Of a stretch of 64,000 bases of DNA, positions 39,341 through 49,012 are shown piece after piece. The stretch covers positions 32,001-96,000 of the IMG/VR virus record IMGVR_UViG_3300031993_000008. One strand, 5' to 3'. Positions within the stretch are counted from its first letter, which is position 1. Each line of letters begins with the position of its first letter. Both the position numbers and the translations under genes were made by a program. The notes below the pieces were generated by a model, which was not told the origin of the DNA, searched no databases, and worked only from the letters and a program-made list of their open reading frames with translations. The stretch is from a virus. Taxonomy: Duplodnaviria; Caudoviricetes.

Positions 39341-41269
39341 TCTTCTATCCATCTGGTTGTATGTCCTGTCAACATACTCTCTGAAATCATCCACATAGTC
39401 ATAAACCTTTGCATTTGGTGAATGTACACAAGGTTCATCTTCCTTCCTGAATTTCTTTGATTTCTTCTTTTTCTTCTTTATCTGTTTAAGGAACATTGTA
39501 TATGGTGCAACCTGGTGGTAAACTATTCCTGTTGGTGATGGAAGGTCTCCTGATCCAGGCTCACCATTTGGACCTGGAAAATAAGCAGCACCCATTCCAC
39601 CCACACTGGCAGGTGTGGCACCACCCGGAACACCCTCACATTCATTTGTGATATTTTTTTGTCTTTCTGCCTCTTCCATTTCAACATATCCTGAAAGTCT
39701 GTCTGACAATTCATCAGCCCAATAGTTCCTGACATAATTCAATATACCTTCAATGTTGGCATCCTGTGACACAACACCCTCTCTGTCATTACTTTCAATA
39801 TAATCACAAAGACCATCAAGTGAAAACTCATAATCATCATATACTATCCTAGTAGCATAAAAAACAAGGAACTGTTCAAGATTATCCATATCTTCAAATG
39901 ATAACTCATCCTCCTTCTTTATTTTCTCACCACTACCCCTGTCCAATATACCTTTCCAGACTGATTCATTTGTAGGATGCCATGCAACATATTCTGTCAT
40001 CTTTTCCTCCCATGTGAGGTCACCCCACATATCACTTGGATTGACATAGTTGTCTTCACATCCTCTGGAGTATAATACATCCATTCTATCACTTTCATCC
40101 AATGAATCTGCCCACCAAGTATCAAGTGTATCATCTATGGTCTTACCTGGTTGCTTCTCAAAACCTATTTTCTTTATTTTCTCATTTTCTGAATTAATCT
40201 CCTCATCTATGACTTTTTTAACTTTTCCCCAACATCTCTTGGCAAAATCAACCTTCCTCACTACATATTCCTTTGCTTTATTGTCAATGATGTTCCATCT
40301 TTCCTTGCAGAACCTTTCAAAGTCATAGAGGATGTTTTTGTACTGTTCATAATACACTATCCTTTCCACAAATGACCTGATGTCATATTTAATGTCATCA
40401 ACAGTAAGGTCATCCTCCTTTCTTACACTGTCTCCTGAACCCCTGTCAAGCATACCACCCCAGGTTGATTCATTCACATATTGACTGTTCAGGGAATCGA
40501 CAACATCATCAATTTGCTTATTTAAATTATCAATCGCATCTTCTATGGCAGGAAGTACAGTATCATCCCAGTGTTCTTTGGTGTAGTCCAGGAGATCATC
40601 CATATTGTAATCAATTGATGACACCCTTGGTTTATCCTTATAATCTTTTATAAAGGCTTTGAATTCAGAATAACTACCCACAGTATAATCATGTGTGTAT
40701 TCTATTGCTGCAAATATTTCTATATATGCAGAAAGGGCGTTCAGAAGATTTTCTGATATTTTGTCTTCTTTCCTTTTGTCATCTCCTCTACCTCTGTCAA
40801 GTATTCCACCCCAGGCGGATTCATTGACAAGCATATTATCTTTATTATTCAAAAAGAATTCAATTACATCTATGTATGTCTTATTGGTACAAGTACCATC
40901 TTCTTCTTTTATAACTCTTCTACATGTACCTATATTTTCTACATTAAACTTTTCTGATAAAGCCCACAAAAATGAGTGTCTTATTTTTACACCTACACCA
41001 GACCAAGACAACACAATATGATCCATTTCACCATCCTCATTATAAATGGTCTTTAATGATATATTACCTATTATATCAACACAAATTTCCCATGAATTGA
41101 ATTTACCTGTATACTTATCTAAATAAAATATCCTTTTCTCATATTTGGACTTGATATAATCATAAAGACCATCAACATCAAGGAGATTGATATCATCCTC
41201 CTTTCTGATAGTCTCTCCTGTACCCCTATCAAGGACATCACCCCAGACTGATTCACTGATTTTCTTCAT
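39338..41269 (-). CDS. Tag-delimited polyprotein (4 WGGILDRG tags) with capsid N-arm-like C-terminal module
   Basis: Four ES.W..[IMV]LDRG.G...KED motifs; VGGMGAAYFPG identical to capsid; basic tail. Confidence 0.75.
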   Translation of the reverse strand: MKKISESVWGDVLDRGTGETIRKEDDINLLDVDGLYDYIKSKYEKRIFYLDKYTGKFNSWEICVDIIGNISLKTIYNEDGEMDHIVLSWSGVGVKIRHSFLWALSEKFNVENIGTCRRVIKEEDGTCTNKTYIDVIEFFLNNKDNMLVNESAWGGILDRGRGDDKRKEDKISENLLNALSAYIEIFAAIEYTHDYTVGSYSEFKAFIKDYKDKPRVSSIDYNMDDLLDYTKEHWDDTVLPAIEDAIDNLNKQIDDVVDSLNSQYVNESTWGGMLDRGSGDSVRKEDDLTVDDIKYDIRSFVERIVYYEQYKNILYDFERFCKERWNIIDNKAKEYVVRKVDFAKRCWGKVKKVIDEEINSENEKIKKIGFEKQPGKTIDDTLDTWWADSLDESDRMDVLYSRGCEDNYVNPSDMWGDLTWEEKMTEYVAWHPTNESVWKGILDRGSGEKIKKEDELSFEDMDNLEQFLVFYATRIVYDDYEFSLDGLCDYIESNDREGVVSQDANIEGILNYVRNYWADELSDRLSGYVEMEEAERQKNITNECEGVPGGATPASVGGMGAAYFPGPNGEPGSGDLPSPTGIVYHQVAPYTMFLKQIKKKKKKSKKFRKEDEPCVHSPNAKVYDYVDDFREYVDRTYNQMDRR

Positions 41270-41274
41270 AATAA

Positions 41275-41312
41275 TATTTATGAAAAAAGGTGAGAATCAC
41301 TTCTCACCTTTC
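41275..41312 (-). promoter_or_regulatory. Terminator hairpin plus late promoter CATAAATA (41275-41282)
   Basis: aaaggtgagaa-tcac-ttctcaccttt followed on the minus strand by CATAAATA. Confidence 0.6.
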
Positions 41313-42163
41313 AGTATCTTATCCAGTACATTGTCTGGAATCTTGTCTATATAAATCCTCTCATATGTTCCGTCATCCTTCAACCATATCAGTACCCTGT
41401 CAATAATCTTGATTCCTATTGATTCAAGGAGTCTCTGATATATATTGAACTGGAGTATGTAATGTGAAAGAGGTTCATCAACATACTTTGACACACACCC
41501 CTTCATCATAATCCCATTCTGTCTGTTATAATCCTTAATGAGAGACTTGTTGGTCTTCCAGTCCATAATGACATATGCATCATTGTCACTGTCATAAAAC
41601 AGAAGGTCACATGTACCGCAAATTCTCCTCACATCTTTTATATATTCTGTTGACAGTTTGAACTCCGCACCTACAGGATGATAGTTGGATTCCAGTTCAT
41701 CATAGAATTTCTTTATTGCTTCCTCCTTTGGATAAGTTGGAACCATTGTGTTGAATTCCTCAATATACTGTGACTTGTTTTCCTCACATATAAGTTCAGG
41801 ATGACCACACAGGACATTGGTATATGATTCACCGAAACAGTGTGTCCTGGTACCGGAGATTGTGGATTTCAGGTTGTTGAGTTTCCATTCCTTCTGTACT
41901 TCAGACTTCACCTTTTTCCACTTAAGCGCATAATCAGTTGCCTTCTGATCCCAATCAACTTCCGGTTCATATTCCTTGATTATATTACTTACAGGTGTAT
42001 ATTCCTCTTCCCCTATGAAGTACCTGTGACTATCCTCAAAGAACTCTATATCACCAAACTTGTCAAGTATGAGATCTCTGCATGCACTTACAACAGAATC
42101 AATCTTATTCTTATCCTGCACCTTCTTTTCAAAGGTGTTATTGAAAATATCATCAAAATCCAT
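41297..42163 (-). CDS. PD-(D/E)XK exonuclease-like protein
   Basis: HRY, GTRTH, GAEF, CGTCDLL, IMDWKTN, YILQFNIY. Confidence 0.8.
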   Translation of the reverse strand: MDFDDIFNNTFEKKVQDKNKIDSVVSACRDLILDKFGDIEFFEDSHRYFIGEEEYTPVSNIIKEYEPEVDWDQKATDYALKWKKVKSEVQKEWKLNNLKSTISGTRTHCFGESYTNVLCGHPELICEENKSQYIEEFNTMVPTYPKEEAIKKFYDELESNYHPVGAEFKLSTEYIKDVRRICGTCDLLFYDSDNDAYVIMDWKTNKSLIKDYNRQNGIMMKGCVSKYVDEPLSHYILQFNIYQRLLESIGIKIIDRVLIWLKDDGTYERIYIDKIPDNVLDKILKGEK

Positions 42164-42166
42164 AAT

Positions 42167-42436
42167 CTACAATTTACCTATTATCATATCTGGAGTAATG
42201 ACAACATACTCCACATCCTCAACCTTAATATATATTCCTCCCATATCAGCAAAGGCAATATGGTCTCCCTTCTTCCACTCATTCTCAAGACCCACACTGT
42301 CAATCACTCCGGTATATGGTTCAGGTATCTCATACATATTCTGGGGTTGTCTGTCTGGAAGAATCAGGGGTGAATTGTTCACACTCTTATCCTTCACCAA
42401 TATTATAGTATCATTTATTGCCTGAAACTTCATCAT
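42167..42436 (-). CDS. groES: GroES/Cpn10-like co-chaperonin
   Basis: AINDTIIL, LILPD, TGVIDSVG, KKGDHI, IIGKL pattern. Confidence 0.75.
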   Translation of the reverse strand: MMKFQAINDTIILVKDKSVNNSPLILPDRQPQNMYEIPEPYTGVIDSVGLENEWKKGDHIAFADMGGIYIKVEDVEYVVITPDMIIGKL

Positions 42437-43494
42437 AACCTATCCCTATATTCCGTCATCTTATCCTGAACACCCTTCATCATCTCTTCAGTCAGATCCT
42501 GCTTAAGAAGAAAATCCTCCACATATTCATCACTGCTCTTTGCATCATTGAAGTTGAACTCACCTGTTGTTTCCAATTCCTGCATCACATTATCACCAAC
42601 AGGAACAAAACTTCTGTATGATGATTTCAATTGTGAACAGAAGTCATCAAAATTACACTTGGTGATGTCACTGCTCTTCACATGGAGTTCAATCCTGTTA
42701 TTCTTCCACCTTTCCATCAGTTCACCCACTGTTGTATAGATGAGATCATAAATGTTCTCTTTCATATATTTAGGTGAAACAGTGTTCTCAATGAAACTGG
42801 TTTTTCCGGTCTTGATTTCCAGGACTGTTATACCTTTTATATTATCCCTATCACCTCTGTCCTTATGATAAGGATTACCTACATAATGGATATTCTTATT
42901 GTCCTGTCTGATGTGAATGTGTCCGGCATATACCTGGGATTTCTTGAAGTCTCCACCCTGGACACCACCAGAAACATTGATTTTCACACCTGACCTGTTG
43001 GCAACCTGTGAACCATTTATTTCAAGATGACCGAAGATGTAATCAACATTGACACCAGAAAGAACCTGTTTCTCCTTTTCAGGATCCTCAATCCAAGGAT
43101 TGAAAAGACAGGACTTTCCGTCAATGACATCAACAATCGGTGTGTAATACACTTTCACACCAGGTATATGTTTCAGCATATTGATTGATGTGATGTCATT
43201 GGTTGACTTCTTCAGAATATCATGGTTACCAACAGTTATCCTGATGTCCTTAAAGATTTCAGAGAACTGCTCAAAAAGTTTGATAACTCTGTGTATGGTG
43301 TTCAGACCAATGGTTGAACGATTGTCAAAGACATCTCCAAGATGAATGAGTATATCTCCCTCCTTCACTTCCTTCCTCATCAATGGTATGACAACATCTT
43401 CAAAGTAACTGATATAATCTTCAAGCCACTCCTCATCATCACCTTTATAACCAAAGTGAGTGTCTGCTAAAAGCCAAATCTTTCTATTTTCCAT
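42433..43494 (-). CDS. Mre11/SbcD-like nuclease (T4 gp47-like)
   Basis: ADTHFG, LGDVFD, VGNHD, FGHLE, AGHIH. Confidence 0.88.
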   Translation of the reverse strand: MENRKIWLLADTHFGYKGDDEEWLEDYISYFEDVVIPLMRKEVKEGDILIHLGDVFDNRSTIGLNTIHRVIKLFEQFSEIFKDIRITVGNHDILKKSTNDITSINMLKHIPGVKVYYTPIVDVIDGKSCLFNPWIEDPEKEKQVLSGVNVDYIFGHLEINGSQVANRSGVKINVSGGVQGGDFKKSQVYAGHIHIRQDNKNIHYVGNPYHKDRGDRDNIKGITVLEIKTGKTSFIENTVSPKYMKENIYDLIYTTVGELMERWKNNRIELHVKSSDITKCNFDDFCSQLKSSYRSFVPVGDNVMQELETTGEFNFNDAKSSDEYVEDFLLKQDLTEEMMKGVQDKMTEYRDRL

Positions 43495-43498
43495 ACAT

Positions 43499-43510
43499 TA
43501 AATATAACAA
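43499..43510 (-). promoter_or_regulatory. Putative middle promoter TTGTTATATTTA
   Basis: Exact 12-mer just 5' of ATG 43494. Confidence 0.6.
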
Positions 43511-43557
43511 TAAAGGAGGTATTTGTAACCCCCTTCATTTAATGGTCTGAAAATGAA

Positions 43558-44367
43558 TTAGATAAGACCCCACTCTGCCAGGGCTTCAAATCCACCGATA
43601 GAGTCAATATATGCCTTTGCTTCCTCTACAATCTTACTGTAAGGGATACCATTCACCTCTGTATCACCAATGGCACAGAAGAATGTCTGTGTTCTACCAG
43701 TTCTTTGGGCTTCCAGGAAAGCATAGATGTTAACAGACACATCTGCCTTTGATATATCCTTTCCATTGATACCACCACCAGTAACACCACGACCCATATC
43801 TGAACCAAGCTTGCGGTTGACAGCACCAGTATCAACATTTGTTCCACCAGTCCAGTCACCCAGAGGATTGACAGTTATGGTATATTCCGGATAGTTATAC
43901 TGGAGTTCTGCCTTGAGTTCTTCTGAATTTGCACAACTCTGACATACAATCAAAGTCTTTGTCTTGTCATCAATGACATACTTTCCATCTGTGGGATACT
44001 TCTCATATATCTTCTGTACAATATCCCTCAACTCCATCTCTTCCGGAAGTATAGGTTCACCCTTGAAGATACCATTGTCGCCACAACGGATCTCACCATC
44101 CTGGTTGTGTGCCAGGTGTTCATCCTGGGGAACATTGATGAGTTTGAGTTTTACATCATCACCTGCTATCCTCTTGACAACCGGTAACACATTCTCATCA
44201 TTGAAATTGAAACTTGACTCTGCAATAATGGTACAAAGTCCATGACCAAGGAGTACCTCTATTGCAACCTTGGGATTTTGTTGATTAGCATATGCAAGGT
44301 CAACCAATGCACCAGCAATGCGATCTGCCACCTTATCAGGATGGCTGGGGTTTACTTTCTCAAACAT
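43558..44367 (-). CDS. metK: S-adenosylmethionine synthetase, compact form
   Basis: EKVNPSHPDKVADRI, CGDNG, DGK, NPLGDWTGG..VDTGAVNRK, GGGINGKDISKAD. Confidence 0.88.
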   Translation of the reverse strand: MFEKVNPSHPDKVADRIAGALVDLAYANQQNPKVAIEVLLGHGLCTIIAESSFNFNDENVLPVVKRIAGDDVKLKLINVPQDEHLAHNQDGEIRCGDNGIFKGEPILPEEMELRDIVQKIYEKYPTDGKYVIDDKTKTLIVCQSCANSEELKAELQYNYPEYTITVNPLGDWTGGTNVDTGAVNRKLGSDMGRGVTGGGINGKDISKADVSVNIYAFLEAQRTGRTQTFFCAIGDTEVNGIPYSKIVEEAKAYIDSIGGFEALAEWGLI

Positions 44368-44403
44368 ACTATATACTTAAAAATTAATATTTTTTCAACA
44401 CTT

Positions 44404-44427
44404 TAAATATAACAAACCTCATAAATA
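44404..44427. promoter_or_regulatory. Divergent promoters: middle motif (-, 44404-44415) for metK and late CATAAATA (+, 44420-44427) for the tag array
   Basis: Both motifs are exact. Confidence 0.65.
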
Positions 44428-44450
44428 TTATATCACATTTCTAAAATAAA

Positions 44451-45221
44451 ATGAAGAAATTAAGTAAAATAGATGAATCAGTCTGGGGTGGTATCCTTGA
44501 CAGAGGAACAGGTGAAATCAATAGAAAGGAGTATGGTAAAAAAGTCCATACCTGTATAGATATTGACATTTACATTAAAGATTCATCCTGTCAGTATGAC
44601 AAATACATAAAACACATCCTGGATTATGATAACTATAAATTACCTTGCAGAATTTGTATAGGTTTTGAACGAATCAGTAATCCAACATATACTCCTGAGG
44701 ATTTGGCAAAAATGAAAAACTTTGAAATGCCATATGATTATGTACTTGATGAATACACCAAACCTAAAAATGAATTTGACTATCTTGTTGCATGGTTTTG
44801 GAAATATAATGAATTTATGGACCACAATACCAATGCTGACATCACTGAAGATGATTATATGTCAATATGTAGAGGTATAGCAATCAAACTAAAAGAGATA
44901 GGTAATCGTATTGAACATATGCCTGGAAACAAAACCAATATTATTGGTCAGGATGGTGTATCCAGTAAGTATTCCAATTTTGCCTTGAAATTGATGGATG
45001 AAAAAAATACTTTCCACTGGAAACATGCACATAATGGCAAATCCTTACTTGATTACAAAGAAGATATGATTCATGAATTTCCGGAATTGAAAGATGTTGA
45101 TTTCTTAATGTGGCCATTCAATCAATTCCCTTATGTAAACATTGGTCTTCCAATCACATCAGTAACTGTCAAAGACTTCAAAAAATATGAAGAATATACT
45201 CATAATTGGTTTACAGTATAA
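44451..45221 (+). CDS. WGGILDRG-tag family protein 1
   Basis: MKKLSKIDESVWGGILDRGTGE leader; full-length paralog of next gene. Confidence 0.8.
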   Translation: MKKLSKIDESVWGGILDRGTGEINRKEYGKKVHTCIDIDIYIKDSSCQYDKYIKHILDYDNYKLPCRICIGFERISNPTYTPEDLAKMKNFEMPYDYVLDEYTKPKNEFDYLVAWFWKYNEFMDHNTNADITEDDYMSICRGIAIKLKEIGNRIEHMPGNKTNIIGQDGVSSKYSNFALKLMDEKNTFHWKHAHNGKSLLDYKEDMIHEFPELKDVDFLMWPFNQFPYVNIGLPITSVTVKDFKKYEEYTHNWFTV

Positions 45222-46003
45222 TGAAGAAATTAAGTAAAATAGATGAATCTACCTGGGGTAATATGTTGGATAGAGGTACTGGTGGTGTAATCAAAAAAGA
45301 AGATGGTAAACTTGTACACACATGTCTTGATGTAGATATAGCCATCAAAGACCAGAAATGTGATTATAATACACTCATTAAAGAAATATTGAATGATGAT
45401 TTTATTAGTGGATTTTACCAAGGGGTGGTAATACTAAATACACAACAGAAATCATATTCACCAGAAGAGATGGCAAACATAAGAAAATTTGAAGCACCAT
45501 ATGCATATCTCATTTATGATGGTAAACATGGTACAAGTCTTGTTGCTGAATTCTGGGCATATTCTGAATTCCAGGATTCTGACCTTACTACTGATTTTAT
45601 TGAAAGTGTATCGGAAGAGGATTACATATCCATCTGTAAAGGTATTGCCACAAAACTGAAAGAAGTCGGAGGAGACATTGCACAACTTCCAAGAAGACAT
45701 TCCACAATTTCTAACACAAAAGACCGTGATTTCAATGATGAATATGTGTTTAAACTCATTGATGAATCAGATATTGCATGGTGGGGAGACTATCCTGATC
45801 CAGAAGGAAGGACTCTTACTGATTTTGAAACGGATATGTTCACAGAGTATCCGGAATTAGCAGATGTTGATTTCTTCACTTGGACATTTTATAGCGGATG
45901 TAATATAGGTATCCCTATCAATTATGACACACTTGTTAATTTCAAGAAATATAAAGAATTTACTAAAAACTGGTTTAAAGTAACAGATGAAGAAACTGAG
46001 TAA
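45221..46003 (+). CDS. WGGILDRG-tag family protein 2
   Basis: MKKLSKIDESTWGNMLDRGTG; TAATG coupling to previous gene. Confidence 0.8.
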   Translation: MKKLSKIDESTWGNMLDRGTGGVIKKEDGKLVHTCLDVDIAIKDQKCDYNTLIKEILNDDFISGFYQGVVILNTQQKSYSPEEMANIRKFEAPYAYLIYDGKHGTSLVAEFWAYSEFQDSDLTTDFIESVSEEDYISICKGIATKLKEVGGDIAQLPRRHSTISNTKDRDFNDEYVFKLIDESDIAWWGDYPDPEGRTLTDFETDMFTEYPELADVDFFTWTFYSGCNIGIPINYDTLVNFKKYKEFTKNWFKVTDEETE

Positions 46004-46982
46004 AATAGATGAATCAACCTGGGGTGATATACTTGACAGAGGTTCAGGAGATACTGTGAGAAAAGAGGATGATGTGAATCATTTTGAGTTCTATGATTTT
46101 GTTCATTATCTTGAAGAGAAATATCCTTCCAAAAACAGAGGTACTGGAATTGTATCTGGGCAATCAATTAAAAACAAAAATATTCTCTATTTATCTATAC
46201 CAATTAAAAGATTTGATAATAAAACTCAATGGTTAAGAATTGAGGTTGATAAAGAAACATTAAAGTATACAGGAAACATAGAGGTTAGCAAATCCTTACA
46301 TACCGAATATGAATATACTTTGTTTTCTAAAAAGATATTGGGTAAAAAGTATAAGATTCTGTATAATTTTAGATTTGAAGACTATATATTGAGACCTATT
46401 GATGGTGAGATAACAAACAGTAGCATTGTGGAATTGATTGACATGTTTTTGCATAATGTTGATAACCCATTATTGAATATAGATGTCAATGAATCCACCT
46501 GGGGTGGTATCCTTGACAGGGGTGCTGGTGATGCCATAAGAAAGGAAGACTTACCGGAACAAAATAAGGAACACTGGTGGAGAAACATTGAATTACCAAA
46601 TGTTCCAAAGTATAAAAAAGATGAGCTCAAGGCATTGGATCTGATGTATGATTTTGCTGTGGATAAGATTAGAAAAAGATTCAATGTTTCCTGGCCATAC
46701 CAGATAGTGTTTCACTTTGATGGTGAACCATATTGGGATTTAAATATTGAACACATAACCCCACGAGGTTATGATACTTTTGCTATGTATGCTCATGGAC
46801 CCAGAGCGCCCTGGCAGATTTATTTTTCAGATATGTCAATGGGTGAAAAGAGAAGTATAAGATACAGACTTGAAAAGAAGAAGTTCTATGTATATCCATA
46901 TAAATATGGAGATGGAAGAGTAGAGTATCATTTAAGGGAACAAAGTACCTATAATAATGAAAAAGGAATTGAATTGAAATGA
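45987..46982 (+). CDS. WGGILDRG-tag family protein 3 (two-module polyprotein)
   Basis: N-terminal tag plus internal VNESTWGGILDRGAGD at about 46485-46550. Confidence 0.8.
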   Translation: MKKLSKIDESTWGDILDRGSGDTVRKEDDVNHFEFYDFVHYLEEKYPSKNRGTGIVSGQSIKNKNILYLSIPIKRFDNKTQWLRIEVDKETLKYTGNIEVSKSLHTEYEYTLFSKKILGKKYKILYNFRFEDYILRPIDGEITNSSIVELIDMFLHNVDNPLLNIDVNESTWGGILDRGAGDAIRKEDLPEQNKEHWWRNIELPNVPKYKKDELKALDLMYDFAVDKIRKRFNVSWPYQIVFHFDGEPYWDLNIEHITPRGYDTFAMYAHGPRAPWQIYFSDMSMGEKRSIRYRLEKKKFYVYPYKYGDGRVEYHLREQSTYNNEKGIELK

Positions 46983-47611
46983 TAAAAATAGGCTTGGATT
47001 TCTCACTTGTATCCCCGGCAATATGTGTTTACAAGAATGGAGAGTATTCTTTCATCTCCTTCTTTGATGATTATGGAAAGGACTGGAAAGGAGGAAAGAT
47101 AAAGGCATTCAACTACCATAGGGATCTGTCAAAGTTTATGGAGATGAATCCCTACACAAGACATATTGAAAAGAAGGATTACAGGGAGGAACAGAGGACA
47201 AAGATGAGGGCTGCGAAGATGATCGCAAATAAGATCTCCAACAGACTTGTTGAGATTGTTGGTGGTGAGGAGGTCATCATAGGTCTTGAAGGATTCTCAT
47301 ATGGCAGTATTTCATCATCCACCCTGGACCTGGCACTCTTCAACTCATTTCTCAGGATAAAACTCCTTGAGGATTTCGGTGAGGATTGTCTTGTAATCAT
47401 CTCCCCTACAGAAGGTAAGAAAAACCTTTCAGGTAAGGGAAATGCAAAGAAGGAGGATATGATCCAGGCCTTCATTGAGAACAGGACAAATGACCCGGAT
47501 ATTGAGAGATGTCCATTCTGGAAGTTCTGTAAGGAGAATGAACTTGATTATAAGAACATAAAACCTATTGATGACCTTGTGGATTCATATGGTATATTGA
47601 TAAGTATATGA
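46979..47611 (+). CDS. RuvC-like Holliday junction resolvase
   Basis: IGLDFSL, IGLEGFSY, SPTEGKK..SGKGNAKKEDM, DDLVDSY. Confidence 0.78.
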   Translation: MIKIGLDFSLVSPAICVYKNGEYSFISFFDDYGKDWKGGKIKAFNYHRDLSKFMEMNPYTRHIEKKDYREEQRTKMRAAKMIANKISNRLVEIVGGEEVIIGLEGFSYGSISSSTLDLALFNSFLRIKLLEDFGEDCLVIISPTEGKKNLSGKGNAKKEDMIQAFIENRTNDPDIERCPFWKFCKENELDYKNIKPIDDLVDSYGILISI

Positions 47612-48183
47612 AAAAGTTAAGTAAAATAGATGAGTCAACCTGGGGCAATCTCCTGGACAAAGGTGCCGGAGAAAAAGAAGCAAAGGAAGATACATTCAAT
47701 TTCAACTTCTATCAAATAAAACCGGTTGATTTGGGTCCAGAATTTCCATTCCTTTGGGCAGATACTGACCTGATTGCCAATGATGAAATATACTTTGATT
47801 GGGACACATTACAGAGAATGCTTCCCCAAATTAAGAAAACAGGATGGAGACTTCCCTATTCACCAAACCAAATGAGAGATGTTATTAAACTCATAAACAC
47901 ATCACCTAATCTGAAAACAGTATGGCACCGCAGGGCATTTGGAATGATAGAGAATACAGACACTGGTGAATATGTATCATTTCCTACAGGTAGTCAATTT
48001 GGAGAAACCTATTGGTGTGAAGATGATTATCATTCAACCAATCCAGGAAGACAAATTGAAAATGAAAGGGTATTTGAAATAGGTGAAAACTATTATCAAG
48101 ATGGTAAAAAGATGGTTTTACTTTCAACTAATAATATGGAAAAAACAAGAACAGCAAGAATAAGACTCGTAAAGGACAAATGA
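47608..48183 (+). CDS. WGGILDRG-tag family protein 4 with DUF1566/Fib_succ_major-like domain
   Basis: Tag then VDLG..LWADTDL..YFDW..GWRLP..YW..IRLVKD. Confidence 0.7.
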   Translation: MKKLSKIDESTWGNLLDKGAGEKEAKEDTFNFNFYQIKPVDLGPEFPFLWADTDLIANDEIYFDWDTLQRMLPQIKKTGWRLPYSPNQMRDVIKLINTSPNLKTVWHRRAFGMIENTDTGEYVSFPTGSQFGETYWCEDDYHSTNPGRQIENERVFEIGENYYQDGKKMVLLSTNNMEKTRTARIRLVKDK

Positions 48184-49010
48184 AGAAGTTAAGTAAGTTA
48201 TTGAATGAATCTACCTGGGGTGGTATGTTAGACAGAGGTAGGGAAGATTCTGTAAGTAAACAGGATTTTGGTGCTGAACTGGAAATTGATGGTACAAAAT
48301 ATATATTTGCCAAAGATTTCTGGAATATGGGTGATATATATGAAAAGGAAAATGAAAGTGAATGGACATGTTTTGCCTTCAATAAAATGCCAAATGGAAG
48401 TAAAATCATAACCGGTGACACTGATGCTGCCGGAGTTTTCGGTAGAGACAAATGGGATATTGGTGAAAATGAATATGAGGTATATGTATTGAGGAATTAC
48501 TTTGATAAAACAAAACAGCAATTGGTAGAGAGTTCAATAAATTGGGGTGACATTGATGAAATAGGAATTCCTGAAATCAAAAATATTCTTGTAAAGTATA
48601 TAGAAGAAGTATACACAAAACATATGTCTGATTTTGCATATCACTGGATTCAGGAATTAGAATCAAAAGATTGGTCTCAGGATTTAATAATATGTTGCAA
48701 TATCTACAATGAAGATGATATTCAAAATGGTGAAGATTCTAATATAGATACCATTCAAGATGAATTTAATCACAATGTCATTGAAAAAATACATATCATT
48801 TCATTTTCATCATTGGAACACACAGATTGGGATGAAAGACTTGAAAAGGCATTGACAGATGAATATACAAAGATAGGATATGTCAAGTCAGAGGAATTTG
48901 ACCTGGATCCATTTAATGACCCAGGAAATACAATATGTCTTACATTTGTCCTTTTAGGTGAAGAAAAAGAGGATGATGAAGAAGATGATGAAAACCATAG
49001 AGATTATTGA
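48180..49010 (+). CDS. WGGILDRG-tag family protein 5 (acidic)
   Basis: MKKLSKLLNESTWGGMLDRG. Confidence 0.75.
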   Translation: MKKLSKLLNESTWGGMLDRGREDSVSKQDFGAELEIDGTKYIFAKDFWNMGDIYEKENESEWTCFAFNKMPNGSKIITGDTDAAGVFGRDKWDIGENEYEVYVLRNYFDKTKQQLVESSINWGDIDEIGIPEIKNILVKYIEEVYTKHMSDFAYHWIQELESKDWSQDLIICCNIYNEDDIQNGEDSNIDTIQDEFNHNVIEKIHIISFSSLEHTDWDERLEKALTDEYTKIGYVKSEEFDLDPFNDPGNTICLTFVLLGEEKEDDEEDDENHRDY

Positions 49011-49012
49011 TT

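Noticed and set aside
41297-42163. Cas4 call for the PD-(D/E)XK nuclease
   Set aside because: No C-terminal Fe-S cysteine cluster and no CRISPR context
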